From Cladosporium halotolerans (Eukaryota), in NCBI RefSeq assembly GCF_011745625.1, contig NW_027191458.1, forward strand, positions 186,001 through 250,000: DNA of 64,000 nucleotides, in the 5' to 3' direction. Made by a program: the position numbers and the translations under genes. Below the pieces are notes generated by a model. It did no database searches, was not told where the DNA came from, and saw nothing but the letters and a program-made list of their open reading frames with translations. This document shows, one piece after another, positions 13,201-24,821 of the stretch. Each line of letters opens with the position of its first letter. The stretch's first letter is position 1.

Positions 13201-14773
13201 GATCGGCAGAGGCGTTCCCATTTCCAAGGCCGACATAAGCGCACCGCGAAGCCCCAAGATTCAAAAGTCGTTCAACGAACTCCGCCCATCGTCTCTCGGG
13301 CCAGATACCCGTCTTAGGCACCCTGACTCGATGCGCAGCGTCGGATACGAATCAACCGTCGCTGGCGAAGCACCGATCATGGGACCTCCGAGTGCACGGC
13401 CATCCGGTTCACCTTCGCCTCCTTTCGACTCTGCACGCCAGAGTGGGAACAGCAGCGGCGCAAGCGAGCAGTCTTTCCCACAACATCCGACAATCTCCGG
13501 CCCAAGCAACGCACACATCATCCAAGATTCTGGCCAGTGGGGTATGAAGCCTCCGCCCACGCCTGGGGTTTCGAAGGACAAGAAGCGTGGTCTCTTCGGC
13601 TTCCGCGGACGATCCTCGTCTGACTTGGGTCCTGAGAAGGGTTCCCTGCCTGGATCTCAGCCGGACAGCGGTACTCGAGCAGCTTTTGGTGTGACGCTGA
13701 CTGAGTCTATCGAATGCGCGAATGTTGCGGGCGTGACGACTGAGCTTCCAGCAGTGGTGTACCGCTGCTTCCAATACCTGGCCTACAAGAGCGCCATCAA
13801 CGAGGAGGGCATCTTTCGATTGTCCGGATCGAACACGGTGATCAAAGCCCTGCGCGATCGCTTCAACACGGAAGGTGACGTTGACCTCGTTGGTGATGAG
13901 AAGAACTACGACATCCACGCCGTCGCTAGCTTGCTCAAGCTCTACCTACGTGAGCTGCCCGCCAGCATCTTGACGAGAGAGCTGCATCTGGAATTCCTGC
14001 AATGTCTCGAGTTGGGCCCCAGAGACAAGGTGATCAAACTGAACGTCCTGGTGAACAAGCTTCCTCGTCCCAACCGCGTCCTCCTATCAGCCCTATCCGA
14101 GTTCCTGCTCAGCGTCGTCAACAATGCCGACATCAACAAGATGAACGTCCGCAATGGTGAGTCTTACAAACCAGTCTTCCGAATCATGTCAGCCTTCCAG
14201 CATTGACACTAACATCCCACCGCAGTCGGCATCGTCTTCGCCCCCACCCTTAACGTCCCCGGCCCTCTCATCTCCTCCTTCGTCGAAGACCAACCCACCA
14301 TCTTCGGCGCCCCCCTCTCCCCCTCCGCCCTCTCCCCCGCCGCCCAAGACCACCTCACCGCCAACCCCGCCTCCCAACCCACCGACCTCCGCTCCCCCCG
14401 CAAAATGACTTTCCAAAACCTCCCAACCCCAGCCTACAACCAGCCCACCTTCCAATCCATCGGCCTCCCGCCCCACTTCGACCCAAACGAGACCGGCCTC
14501 ATCCCCATGCGCCCGGAGTACCACATGGCGCCGCAGGGCGAGGGCGGCTTCGGGAGTCTGAACGACGCGCTGAGGAGTCCGGGCTTGGCGCCGCCCGGCG
14601 GCCGCGATGCGAAGGCCCGCAGGCGCGAGAGCAGTATGGTTGCTGCGGTCGCGATGGCGCAGGCGCAGGTGGCGAGGAAGGGGAGCGCGGGGAGGTTGAG
14701 GGATGAGCAGGGGCAGGGGCAGGGGCAGGGCGAGGGGGTGGGGATGGGTAGGGAGTATGGGACGAGTTTTTGA
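10202..14773 (+). CDS. BEM3: PX-PH-RhoGAP protein (Bem3-like Cdc42 GAP); exons 10202-14156, 14226-14773
   Basis: Coiled coil (HNAQLWRLVEKQRAMILGLNKDLE), PX-like region (HAPAKIDARR), PH domain (EGYLTKRGKNFGGWKARYFVL) and RhoGAP (EEGIFRLSGS, HAVASLLKLYLRELP). Intron 14157-14225 restores NKMNVRN-VGIVFAPTLN. Confidence 0.92.
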
Positions 14774-15212
14774 GTGATGCGGCATGACTGAACGGGTGCT
14801 TTCTGACGGTTTGGGGCTGTGATGATCACCCCGGCTGCCCGCCGCCTCATTCTTTGAGCGGTGGCCACGACTCGAGGGTCATGCCCTAAAGGACTGCCTT
14901 GCGCGGGCCTGGGCGGCAATTGTTACCACCCAACGAGTGCCTTCATTCCTCGCAGTGCGCTTCGACACTGCAGCCATGACCTTTCGCACGACTTCTCTTC
15001 GCTTCGCCGAGTTGAACGAAACAAGAACGCGACCCGGACGAATCGACACTGGACCTCATCACTACTCGACGCGATCAGGGCGGCACGTTTGGACGTGCCC
15101 ATAACCCCTCTCCTTCCATCCCCTCTTTCCTCTCTTCCCTTTTTTTCAATTTTGGACTTTTGTCAAAGCATGAACGAATACCCTGTCTTGTTTCTTGCTT
15201 GGTTTTTTGCCT

Positions 15213-15245
15213 TAGTAGTAGTAGTAAAGTACAGTAGTACAGTAC

Positions 15246-15290
<45 letters not shown>

Positions 15291-15296
15291 CGTAGT
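15213..15296. repeat. (TAG)n microsatellite with an imperfect left part
   Basis: About 15 perfect AGT units at ~15246-15290, preceded by an interrupted TAGTAG/CAGTA stretch. Confidence 0.95.
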
Positions 15297-16135
15297 GTCC
15301 ATGGATATACCCATTCTTTGTTTGGTAATTTGTTATGTGAAGTAGTTTCTGAATACAGCACATAGATTCATTGCTTCAGAATATTACCTACTACTCGTTA
15401 ATTATCAAGATTCGATACCATTGTCACCTTTCATATCAAAAGTAGTATGCGAAACAAACACGTCGGCATAAAAGGCTGTTCACGTCAACGCACTAGATTT
15501 TGTCCCGTCATCTGCCGCGGTCATTGGCCACCTGATGAACGATACCAGGTCGGACGATGGAACCCACCTCATGAAAGCGAGCCCGAACTGCCTCGCGATC
15601 CGACGCAGCAGCATATTCGCCTGATCTAGGATCGAGCACTCGCACGCTTCGTGAGGTCTAGAACGTGAGGTGCTGTTGCTGAATTTCGTGGACTTAACTC
15701 TTTTAGTCAACCGCACCCTGTCACTGCCACTTTCGCTCGCTACTGGCAAGGAAAACGTCGCAGGCTGCTTCGCCACACCCACGCCACGCCACGCCTACTC
15801 CACCCATCTTAGTAACTACCTACCTATACCGCTCCGTCCAATATGCCGCGGCGCGCTGTCTCACCAGCCTCACCCACTCGCCGGGCCAGCAGGTCCAGAC
15901 AAGGCGCGGCAAAGACAACTCGCAGACTTTCCCCACCGCCCTTCGGGACCCGAGCCCGCGTCCGGCAGAATGTCTTTGGAGACGTTCTAGAAGGAAGGCG
16001 CGCGTCTGTTCCCGTTGTTCCCGTCCCGTCCCTTGTGGTGGTCTTTGTTTGCCGACGGACGAGGACGAGGCGCGGTGCGCGGGCTGCGCGCCTCCGTCTG
16101 TGCGGTGGCGAGGAGGGCTCTGATTTTTGTTGCTG

Positions 16136-16177
16136 TTGGTTGGTTGGTTGTTTGGTTGGTTGGTTGGTTGGTTGGTT
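16136..16177. repeat. (TTGG)n tetranucleotide microsatellite
   Basis: About 10 TTGG units with one interruption. Confidence 0.9.
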
Positions 16178-17466
16178 AGATGGTCAGGGTCTCTGGCGCT
16201 GTGGTGGTGTGGCTGGGTTTGGGGGACGTCGCGAGTCGGAGGCTCCTGTTGTTAGTATGTGTGTGCATAGGGACCCGGGCAGGGCGGGAGGTTTTGAGCT
16301 TCGGGGGAGCTCGGGCGCGGCGCGCTGGCGGGTCGTGAGAATGGATGCATGTAAATACATATTATTGCAATGTGTGTAAGTTGGGTCCGGCGGGATCTGT
16401 GATGGCGGTGGGGGTGGTGGTGGCGACGGTTTGCGCGAGGGCCAATGACAATAGTTCTCACACTGCGCATCTCGGGGATTGATAGATCTACGGCACGGTT
16501 GGATCTCCGTGCATTATGTCCATGACGCGCTGGCGGACGATGCGCGTCGTCGTGCTCGAAAGACTGCAGGGTTATGACGACTGGCAGCCGCGAGGGGTGG
16601 AGGGTGAAAACAAGATACGGGCGCGGGCTGCGCTACCTTAAGTGCGTTAGAGTTTGGCTGGGAGGGCGACGCGGGGGGTTTAAGCGAGGCGCTTGGGGTG
16701 GGTGGAATGGTCACTATGACAGACTTGACAGTCTTGATAGTAGTTAGTTGGTGTGAGAGAGCACGAGAGATGGCCGATAGGCTCGATCTCTAGAAACCCC
16801 GCGCGCGTGTCGATGCGCAGTGCGCGCCCGGTGGCTACATCATGGGAGTCGCATGCTATGTACAGTAAGGTATGTACGAGCCACAGGACGATGAATGGAG
16901 ACGGCAACGTGGCTCGCCTGACAGGCGAGGCTTCCAGCTTGAAGAAGGCAGATCGGACGATGCATCCCTGCAAGCAGGCCACGGCTCAATGGTCGACGAG
17001 GCTGGGTTGACGAGGGCGGCAGCGCGCGCCGACGTCAGCCACGTACGCGGGCGTTGGTGTTTGGCGAGGTCGCGGTGGAGCTTGAGCCACGAGCCCTGGT
17101 CTCGTCCATCTGCGTGGGTGCGAGGTGCGCTTGGGCGCACGCGAGAGCGGACGATTTCTCCGACGGCCGCGTCGCTGGCTGTCTGTGAGTCTGTCTGCCT
17201 GGCTGTTTCGCCCGTCCCGGCTGCCAGGCCCTTCAGGTGTGGGTGGAGCGCTTTTGGAACGCCACCCGTGGCTCTGCGAGACCGAGCCGAGCGAGCACCA
17301 AGGCGCGCGCGACATCGTCAGCCTCGTATGGCGGGTGTTCGTGCAAGGCACCGCACGCGATCGCGCGGCTCCCACGCCTTCACTGCCCTCGATCCGCAGG
17401 CCCACGCACATCGCCGGGCCGGCAGGCGTTTGCGAGTGGGCTGGCGATCGGTGTGGCTGCAGCGGC

Positions 17467-17490
17467 GGAGGAGGAGGAGGAGGAGGAGGA
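17467..17490. repeat. (GGA)8 microsatellite
   Basis: Directly visible tandem GGA units. Confidence 0.9.
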
Positions 17491-18521
17491 GCAGCGCTTG
17501 GCCGATGACGACGGTGATGAGCAGCGCAGCCGGCTGAGGGAGGCGGATGGAGCGAATGCAGCGAATGGATGTGTTGCTCTGCCAGCCTTCCAGCCTCGGG
17601 CGCGCTCATCCCTGCGTGCCGGGCTCGTCTCGTCTGTGTTGCCGCAGCCCAGAGAGGCCCAGAGAGGCCTGCCGTATACACCATGCGACCGCCACCTCAG
17701 CGCGCCGGCTGCCTCAACGCCGTCTTCCTCCCTCACCAGTCCTTGCATACCTTAGTTGCTCACACTACCTGCCGTCTCCCACCAGGAACCCGCGCACTCG
17801 CCACGCACGCCAGCCAGTACCGACCTGGGTAGTGCCCTGCCTAACCTCACGATCAACACCGCGGCGCCACCAGCAGCCCCGCGGGCGCCTTCCGCACACG
17901 CACCGCCCCCGTCAGCCCGTCAGCCCGTCAGGCTCGCCATTCATTCCCGCCTGCTGCGCCCACCCCAAGCCTTTGCACCTCAGGGTCGCAGCTTCTTGCC
18001 TGCTTTTGCTTCTCAGCGCCCGCCTCAGCCCCCCTCGGCATCGCCACACCACGCCGCTCGCTGGCCACCACCACCGCGCTTGCTGCGAGCGCACCGACTC
18101 CTCCACCACGCACTGATCCTCCGCCCACACCACTGCATCACTCTGCGCGCATCTCGTCGTCTCAAAGTCTCAAAGCACACGACACGCCCGCGCCCCCAAC
18201 CGCCTCGACGTCATCCGCGAGACGTGCTATGCGCCGGCCCACCACCCGGTCACTGCGCTCCCATCCATACACTCTCACCCAGATTGCTAGCATTCCACAC
18301 TGCCGCTGCCCCGTTTAGCCGCGCGCGACGAGGTGCGTTCTCCGCCGCCCTTGTGGCGACACCATGCACTGCCACGCCACCGTCTTCCCATCTCCAGCCT
18401 GCCGCCAAGCCCATTCTTTGCGCTGCCGCTGTATCGAATGCCCGTCGCTGACCTGACCACGCGACTGCAGACTCCATAGTGACACCACCGCGCATTCCAC
18501 CTCCCATGTCGACCTAGCCCT

Positions 18522-20567
18522 ATGGCAGCAACTCAGCGCGCCGTTTCCCCTCCCTCAAACCAACCGCCCGCGACCAACCCTCCTAGAACGCCGACCTCAT
18601 TCCCTACCGACTCACACGCGCCGACCACGACATCCACCGGAAAGGCAGACACGCTTCGTCCGAAGCATTCCAACCTGGGACCCACCTCTAACCCAAGAAG
18701 CCTCTCGCCAAATACAGCGACATCGAAACCGTCTCAGCCTCGCCCGCATTCTCGATCTCCCGTACCTTTGACCGGCGCAGCCGCAGTCGCAGAGGCAAAA
18801 AGAAGGGACCATCAGGAGCAGCAGCAAAAGGCCGCGGCAGAGGGCAAGCGGACGAGTCGGAACCCTGCCGTGCAGGCCATGCAAGCCCTCATGGGTGGAG
18901 GAGGCATCAGCAGGCCGTCCGACAGTCCCGCGCCGAACAAGCTCAGCGAGCCCATGCGCAAAGTCGCGGAGAAAATCACCATTCCTTCACAAACGCAGGG
19001 CGATTCGTTACATGCGAGTCCGACAAGCATGTCCAGCTATGGATCTGTGGAGTCTACCGGACTAGGTGCAGCCATGACTGCGACAGCCAGCAATTTCCCC
19101 GAAACTTCGGGACAGCACAGTTACGTAGCCGAGCCGGCCGACATGGAGTCTGGCCAATACCCGGAGAATGGACACTTGAACGTCAACAGCGACGATGGAG
19201 CCAAGGCGTTTTCATATCCTGGTCCGCCACCACAAGAGGCAGAGAAAGAAGCGCCTTCTCGAGGAATGAGTCTGCCTGGATACGGCCAGACGAGTCCGAA
19301 ATCGCCGGCCTCGTCGACTAAGCGTCACAAGTGCCCGTACTGTTCGACAGATTTCACCAGACATCACAATCTCAAAAGTCATCTGTTGACTCACAGCCAA
19401 GAAAAGCCGTATGTGTGTCAAACGTGCAACGCACGATTCCGACGGCTTCACGACTTGAAGCGACATACAAAACTACACACCGGAGAACGACCCCACACAT
19501 GCGATAAATGTGGACGACGATTCGCGCGAGGAGACGCCCTGGCTCGCCACAACAAAGGACCCGGAGGATGCGCAGGTCGAAGATCTAGCGCTGGTGGCGA
19601 GGACGATTTCGGCATGGACGGCGTTGATTATCCCGGCGACGAAGATGACGACGTCGATATGGACCCTCACTCCCGTCGCGTCAGCGAACCAAGCCGCAAG
19701 CGAGCACACCTCGAAACACCTCAGGATGTTGAGCGACAAGTATACCGCCAGCACTCCAGCACATACCCTCCACCCGCGATACCCCCACACGCACGTGGCG
19801 ACATGGCGCCACCACAGGTCGTGCACCCTAACGCCGGTGCCGCCACTTCACCTCGAGATATGTCAGGTCAACCAAGCCCCGCAGTAAACTCCTACTACAA
19901 CGGATCCTGCGCCCAGGTCTTCCCGCAACAAGGCCCCATGATGACCGAATCCCCCAAACCCCTCTCGCCAGGCCAACCCTCCGACCAACACCGCCTGAGC
20001 GTCACAGACCCCAACGCCGCATCCTCAGCGCGCAACCGCTCCCCCTCCCTCGCCTCCCAACTCCAACAACAACACCTCTCCCGCGCCAGCGCCGGCGGCG
20101 GCGGCCGCACACCCCCCCAGCACCCCCCCGCCCAACAATTCCCCCCTCACCCCGCCCAGCCCCAACTCCCGCCCCTCACCGCCTCCTCCCAGCGCCCCTT
20201 CGCAAACCCCGGCCCCTCCTCCCTCCACCACCAGCAGATCCCCCCCGCCTCCGCTTCCAACGCCGGCAGCATGTCCTCCCACGGCCGCTCGTCCGGCAGC
20301 AGCCTGCGCGACGTGCTGGGCTCCGGCAGCGGCAGCGGCGCCTCGGGCCCGGAGGCCCCCGGCGCGCCGGGCCCGGATATCTGGGCGTACGTGCGCGGGC
20401 TGGAGGCGCGCTTCGGCCGCATGCAGGACGAGTACGAGCTGCGGATCTCGAGGATGCAGGAGGAGATTTTCGCGCTGAAGGCGCAGGTTGCTGGTGGGGG
20501 AAGCGGGGTGGGTGGTTATGGTGGTGGTGGGGTTGGCGAGGCGGCGGCAGCGATGCAGAGGCATTAG
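18522..20567 (+). CDS. C2H2 zinc-finger transcription factor with three fingers; Crz1-related finger array but not clearly Crz1 itself
   Basis: CPYCSTDFTRHHNLKSHLLTH-SQEKPY-CQTCNARFRRLHDLKRHTKLH-TGERPH-CDKCGRRFARGDALARH; P/S/Q-rich flanks; C-terminal coiled coil (YVRGLEARFGRMQDEYELRISRMQEEIFALKAQV). Confidence 0.92.
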   Translation: MAATQRAVSPPSNQPPATNPPRTPTSFPTDSHAPTTTSTGKADTLRPKHSNLGPTSNPRSLSPNTATSKPSQPRPHSRSPVPLTGAAAVAEAKRRDHQEQQQKAAAEGKRTSRNPAVQAMQALMGGGGISRPSDSPAPNKLSEPMRKVAEKITIPSQTQGDSLHASPTSMSSYGSVESTGLGAAMTATASNFPETSGQHSYVAEPADMESGQYPENGHLNVNSDDGAKAFSYPGPPPQEAEKEAPSRGMSLPGYGQTSPKSPASSTKRHKCPYCSTDFTRHHNLKSHLLTHSQEKPYVCQTCNARFRRLHDLKRHTKLHTGERPHTCDKCGRRFARGDALARHNKGPGGCAGRRSSAGGEDDFGMDGVDYPGDEDDDVDMDPHSRRVSEPSRKRAHLETPQDVERQVYRQHSSTYPPPAIPPHARGDMAPPQVVHPNAGAATSPRDMSGQPSPAVNSYYNGSCAQVFPQQGPMMTESPKPLSPGQPSDQHRLSVTDPNAASSARNRSPSLASQLQQQHLSRASAGGGGRTPPQHPPAQQFPPHPAQPQLPPLTASSQRPFANPGPSSLHHQQIPPASASNAGSMSSHGRSSGSSLRDVLGSGSGSGASGPEAPGAPGPDIWAYVRGLEARFGRMQDEYELRISRMQEEIFALKAQVAGGGSGVGGYGGGGVGEAAAAMQRH

Positions 20568-23034
20568 GATTGTTGGTTGTGGGTTGCTGGCGTTGATCAC
20601 CCAGGGGAGGAGAGGGAGGAGTGGAGTGGAGTGGGTATGAGACTGATGAGGCGGCTGGAGCTGGAGATGGGGAAACGTAGCGGTGGGGTTGTGAGGCTTG
20701 TCTGATGGACGAAGATGGGATTTCGAGGCGGACGCTTTCGGCGCCGGGCTTTTATGATTTGTCCCCGGAGAGCGGACGTCACAGTCGGCGGAGCTGCTCT
20801 TGGGTTTTATTGAGGGCGTTGGGTCGGGTGTAATTGTACGCGTGCGGCTTATCGCGCGCGGCACGCCACTCGACGACTTGTCAGCCGCGCGGCTCTTTCG
20901 GAAGAAGACGCGAAGACGAAGACCCAAAAACGCACCACGTCACGTCAGCTCCGGCCGAGCGCAACACCAGAGGAGGATTTCGAACCCCCCTTCATCGAAC
21001 CACCGCGCAAGTCGCCTTCAGGATGACGAACATCACGTTTATCCATCGCCATCTCCGCCACAATCACCGCCTACCATCACCCCAGACACCCAACCAAGAC
21101 GCGGTGAAAAAAATCACGAGAGCATTGAATACGCGGCCTTTCCATCCCTGAAACAGCGGAAGGAACCGAAGCGCAGCGCTCACTCATCTGGCTTTCGCCA
21201 ACATCAATCGGCCTTCTCTTCAAAAAAAAAAAAGAAGAGCAAAGAAGCAAGCGCTTCCCCAGCGCCCCCATCGCCCATGCTTCCTCACTTCAACGATTCG
21301 TGTTATTTCTTTTCCTTCTTTCGTCACGACCAAAAAAAGTGTATTATATAAGGTAGCTAGCTAGCGCTCTCGCTTTTCCTCTTGCTCTTCTTCTTTTTGC
21401 TCTTCTTCTGCGACGTTTTTGATTCCCCACGGAGTGCAAGGCAGGAAGGGTTCTTTTGGGTATCGCGATGAGATGAGATGAGGAGGGACGAGGAAGAGGG
21501 GTGCTCCGGTGGATTGGGCTGGATTGGAACGGGCTGGGGTTTGGCATTGTTGGTTGGGTTGGTTGGGTTGGGTAGCAGAGCAGAGCAGAGTAGTAGTGTT
21601 TGAATGATGATGTTTGTTGGTACTCCGTTTCCATTGCTTGTCGCATGTCTTTTCTAGTAATGGCAATTGTTCGTTCGGGTGAGGGGGGGGTTTGTCTTGG
21701 ATTGTGGAATAGTGGTCTTTTATTTTTATTTTTATTTTTATTTCATTGTTTTCGGGTTTTTTGGGGGCGCCGCAGAAGCAAAGGAAGGGGTTCGTTCGTT
21801 CGCGAGGACTTCTTTGACCGCGAGTCCGGTGTTCGATGAGGTCGGAGCGAGCGGTCACCTGACTACTCCACCTACCTACCTACTCCCCAGCAGTGGGTGG
21901 CAGTCGACTGCCACGAACTTCTCCGACTGCAATGGATGAACGACTGGCTCTTCAGGCGATGGGAAATCGTGATCAAACGATGAGTTCGATCGTGGATGGA
22001 GTGGAAGACGTGGTGGTGTGGCGAGGGTGTGAAAATGGCATGGCGAGGGCGGCGTGCTTTGAGACATTTGTTTTGATTTGAGCTGGCGGGGTTTGTTGTT
22101 GCTGTCTAGGCTACGCTGGCTGATGGGGGTTCGTGTTTCTTTGGAAGAGATGGAGTCAACGCGGATACGCTTCGTGAATAGGGTGTTGTGGTGGCTATAG
22201 TGTGCTGCTGTTTAGTATTCGCGATCGCTAGGGTCGTTGCTACTGCTCCACTGGATGTTGTTGTCGATCGCCAAGCTTTGGAGGCTGCGTGGGTCTGAGA
22301 CATCCATGTCTCGGTTCTTCCGCAACTTCACTTCCCGCATCTTTCACGAATCTACATACCTAGGCACTTGCAACGAAAGTGTCGATTCGCCTAACTATCA
22401 ATCCACACTCGAATGGGTATGCGCACTCGCCCGCCTTATGATTATTGCCAGCCGCTCACCATTGGCTGCAGTTAGCCCAACGGTTCTGGTTGCTGGAGTG
22501 GCAGGCGTACCGAAACCATAAAATCGCCAAACCCCCCGGACGAGCCACCCTGACGCCCGAGCGCCCAACCATTACTGAAACGGTATTTCCTAAATGGACT
22601 AGCCCCCCAGTCTCCCTCCAACAATGGTGAACACATTTCGCACCCAAGCATCACGAGAATTGCTTGATCGTTCTGCAACATGCACCCGCCTCTCTGTTCC
22701 AGCATTGCGTTTCCCCATATGGACATCCAAGGCCAGCCACGGAGAGTGTATATGATTGCGCGTCTGCCTTGCAGATCGCCTGGATCCTATTCTGGAGCGT
22801 TGGCCATCCGCCGCCGCGTTGGCCATTCTTCACGATGGCTTCAGACCGGTGGCTGACATCCTGTAGGTGGTTGGTATGCACAATGTAGGTGAATATAAGG
22901 CCGTCCATTTTTTCTTTCTCAATCCCGGTCAGCAAGCATCTCCTTGTCTCTCAAACGATCTCATCGCTATCTCTCTCTCCAATCGATTGGCTCTTGTCAA
23001 GATATCCATTCTTGGGCATTCGATATCCCCCACA

Positions 23035-23877
23035 ATGGCTCCAGCTTCCCAACACCTGCTGGCCCTCCTCGCCTTGGGCCTCCTCTGGTCCCCTCAACAC
23101 GTCAACGCCCACGGCTACATCAAAACCCCTCCCTCCCGACAAGCTTCCTGCGCAGCCGACAAAGTCGACGAGTCCAACTGCGGCGGCGTAACCTACGAGC
23201 CCCAATCCGTCGAAAGCCCCAAAGGCGCCCCCTTCGACACCGACGTCGGCACGCAAATCTGCAACGGCGGCGGCAGCCGCTTCTCCGAGCTCAACACGCC
23301 CGGCGCCGACATCTGGCCCACGACCTCCATCCCCGCCGCGCAGGACCTCGCGCTCGAGTGGAAGATCACCACCGCGCACAAGACCCAGAGCTGGGCCTAC
23401 TACATCACCAAAGCCGACACGCCGCTCGACCCCTCGCAGCCCCTGACCAAAGACTCCTTCGAGACGGAGCCTATCCTCCTGCTCGACACCAACCACGACG
23501 CCCCGCCGCCCTCGCTCACGCACACGGTGCCCGGCGACGCCCTCGCCGGCCGCTCCGGCTACGCCGTCATCTACAGCGTCTGGTCCATCGGCGACACGGG
23601 CAACGCCTTCTACAACTGCGTCGACGTCAACTTCGAAGCCTCCGAAGCAGAGCAGCCCGCGAGCAACACGACGACGACCGCAGTGCCAACGACGATGGCG
23701 ACGTCCACGCGCGCCATGACCGGCACCGCAGTGACGGGCACCGGTCTCCCGGGCACGGCGGTGTCGGCGACGGGCAGCATGAGCACCGCGACGGGCGCGG
23801 CGAGCGTCGGCTACTCGGCGACGGGCAACTCGACGGTCCTGACGCTGTCGGGGAGGAAGTTGAGGAAGTACTTTTGA
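23035..23877 (+). CDS. Secreted AA10 lytic polysaccharide monooxygenase (CBP21/chitin-binding type) with Thr-rich tail
   Basis: 25-aa signal peptide ending VNA, mature His1 (HGY, codon at 23110), YEPQSVE, WKITTAHKTQSWAYYITK, SQPLTKDSF and VWSIGDTGNAFYNCVDVNF, all colinear with Serratia CBP21 motifs. Intronless. Confidence 0.92.
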   Translation: MAPASQHLLALLALGLLWSPQHVNAHGYIKTPPSRQASCAADKVDESNCGGVTYEPQSVESPKGAPFDTDVGTQICNGGGSRFSELNTPGADIWPTTSIPAAQDLALEWKITTAHKTQSWAYYITKADTPLDPSQPLTKDSFETEPILLLDTNHDAPPPSLTHTVPGDALAGRSGYAVIYSVWSIGDTGNAFYNCVDVNFEASEAEQPASNTTTTAVPTTMATSTRAMTGTAVTGTGLPGTAVSATGSMSTATGAASVGYSATGNSTVLTLSGRKLRKYF

Positions 23878-24821
23878 GTTGCGGGGACGGGGAGTTTGTA
23901 GATGTTTTTTTCGTTTCCTTTCTTTTTTCAGAGCGTCATACCCATTTGAATCGCCTGGTTGCATTTTTCTCGGAGTTTGGGATTGGGACGGGAGTCAAAA
24001 AAAAACGCCAAAGAATGGATGGATGTCCATGTTTGCGGTACGTGTTTGGCCGGAGGGAGTTTGGTGGATTTTTGACTGCGAGATGGAGCTTCAAGAGCCG
24101 GTATCGAGTGGCGTTTGGGGTTCATCGGTGGATTGGGATAAGACAGATGTAGAGGAGGCATAATAATGAGACATAATAACCTTGTGCACGATCTCGAATG
24201 CACGATCTCGAATGCATCATTCCTCCTTGGACCAGCCTCTCACTACGTGGGCGAATTCTCCATGAACTATGTCTGGCAACCGTGTAGATCAGCTAGTAAT
24301 CCAGTTATATAACCTACGGAGCAACGATATAAACTTGAAAGCCGCGATAGCGCGGATTTCCCAATTGGGTTGTTGAGGAAAGTGGGGATCGTCACACGTC
24401 AGCGGATGTTGAAGTGAAGTGCGTCTCAGGCAGCTTGCGAGCGTGCCTTAAGCATCTCAAAAGCTCAAGGCAGCGTGAACTTCCTAATTAGGCAGTTGTG
24501 AGAAGAGCGGGGACTGTGACATGTCACGGGTTAGTGAAGTGAATATGGCCTTCCACGGGGCTCAAGTCAGGTACGCGTCTTTGTCACGGAAACTGGTATG
24601 CTTTTGGAGTCTACGTGGGGGTTTGACTGCCCTGCGGCGCCTATTCGTTTCACCGTCTAAGGCGGAGAAATGGAAGGACGAACGGACAATCGTGCACAGG
24701 AACGTCTGAGTCAAGGATTGCGAGTATAGGGTGTCATAACACTTTTAATCATGATATGTAATCATAGCTTTCTAGCTGTGCAATGATCGTAACAGTACTC
24801 AAAAAATCACAAAGCTTTTTC

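Noticed and set aside
24185..24216. 14-bp tandem duplication (TGCACGATCTCGAA x2) downstream of AA10 as a transposon footprint or CRISPR-like repeat
   Set aside because: Only two adjacent copies with no spacer or terminal repeats; most simply a slippage duplication.
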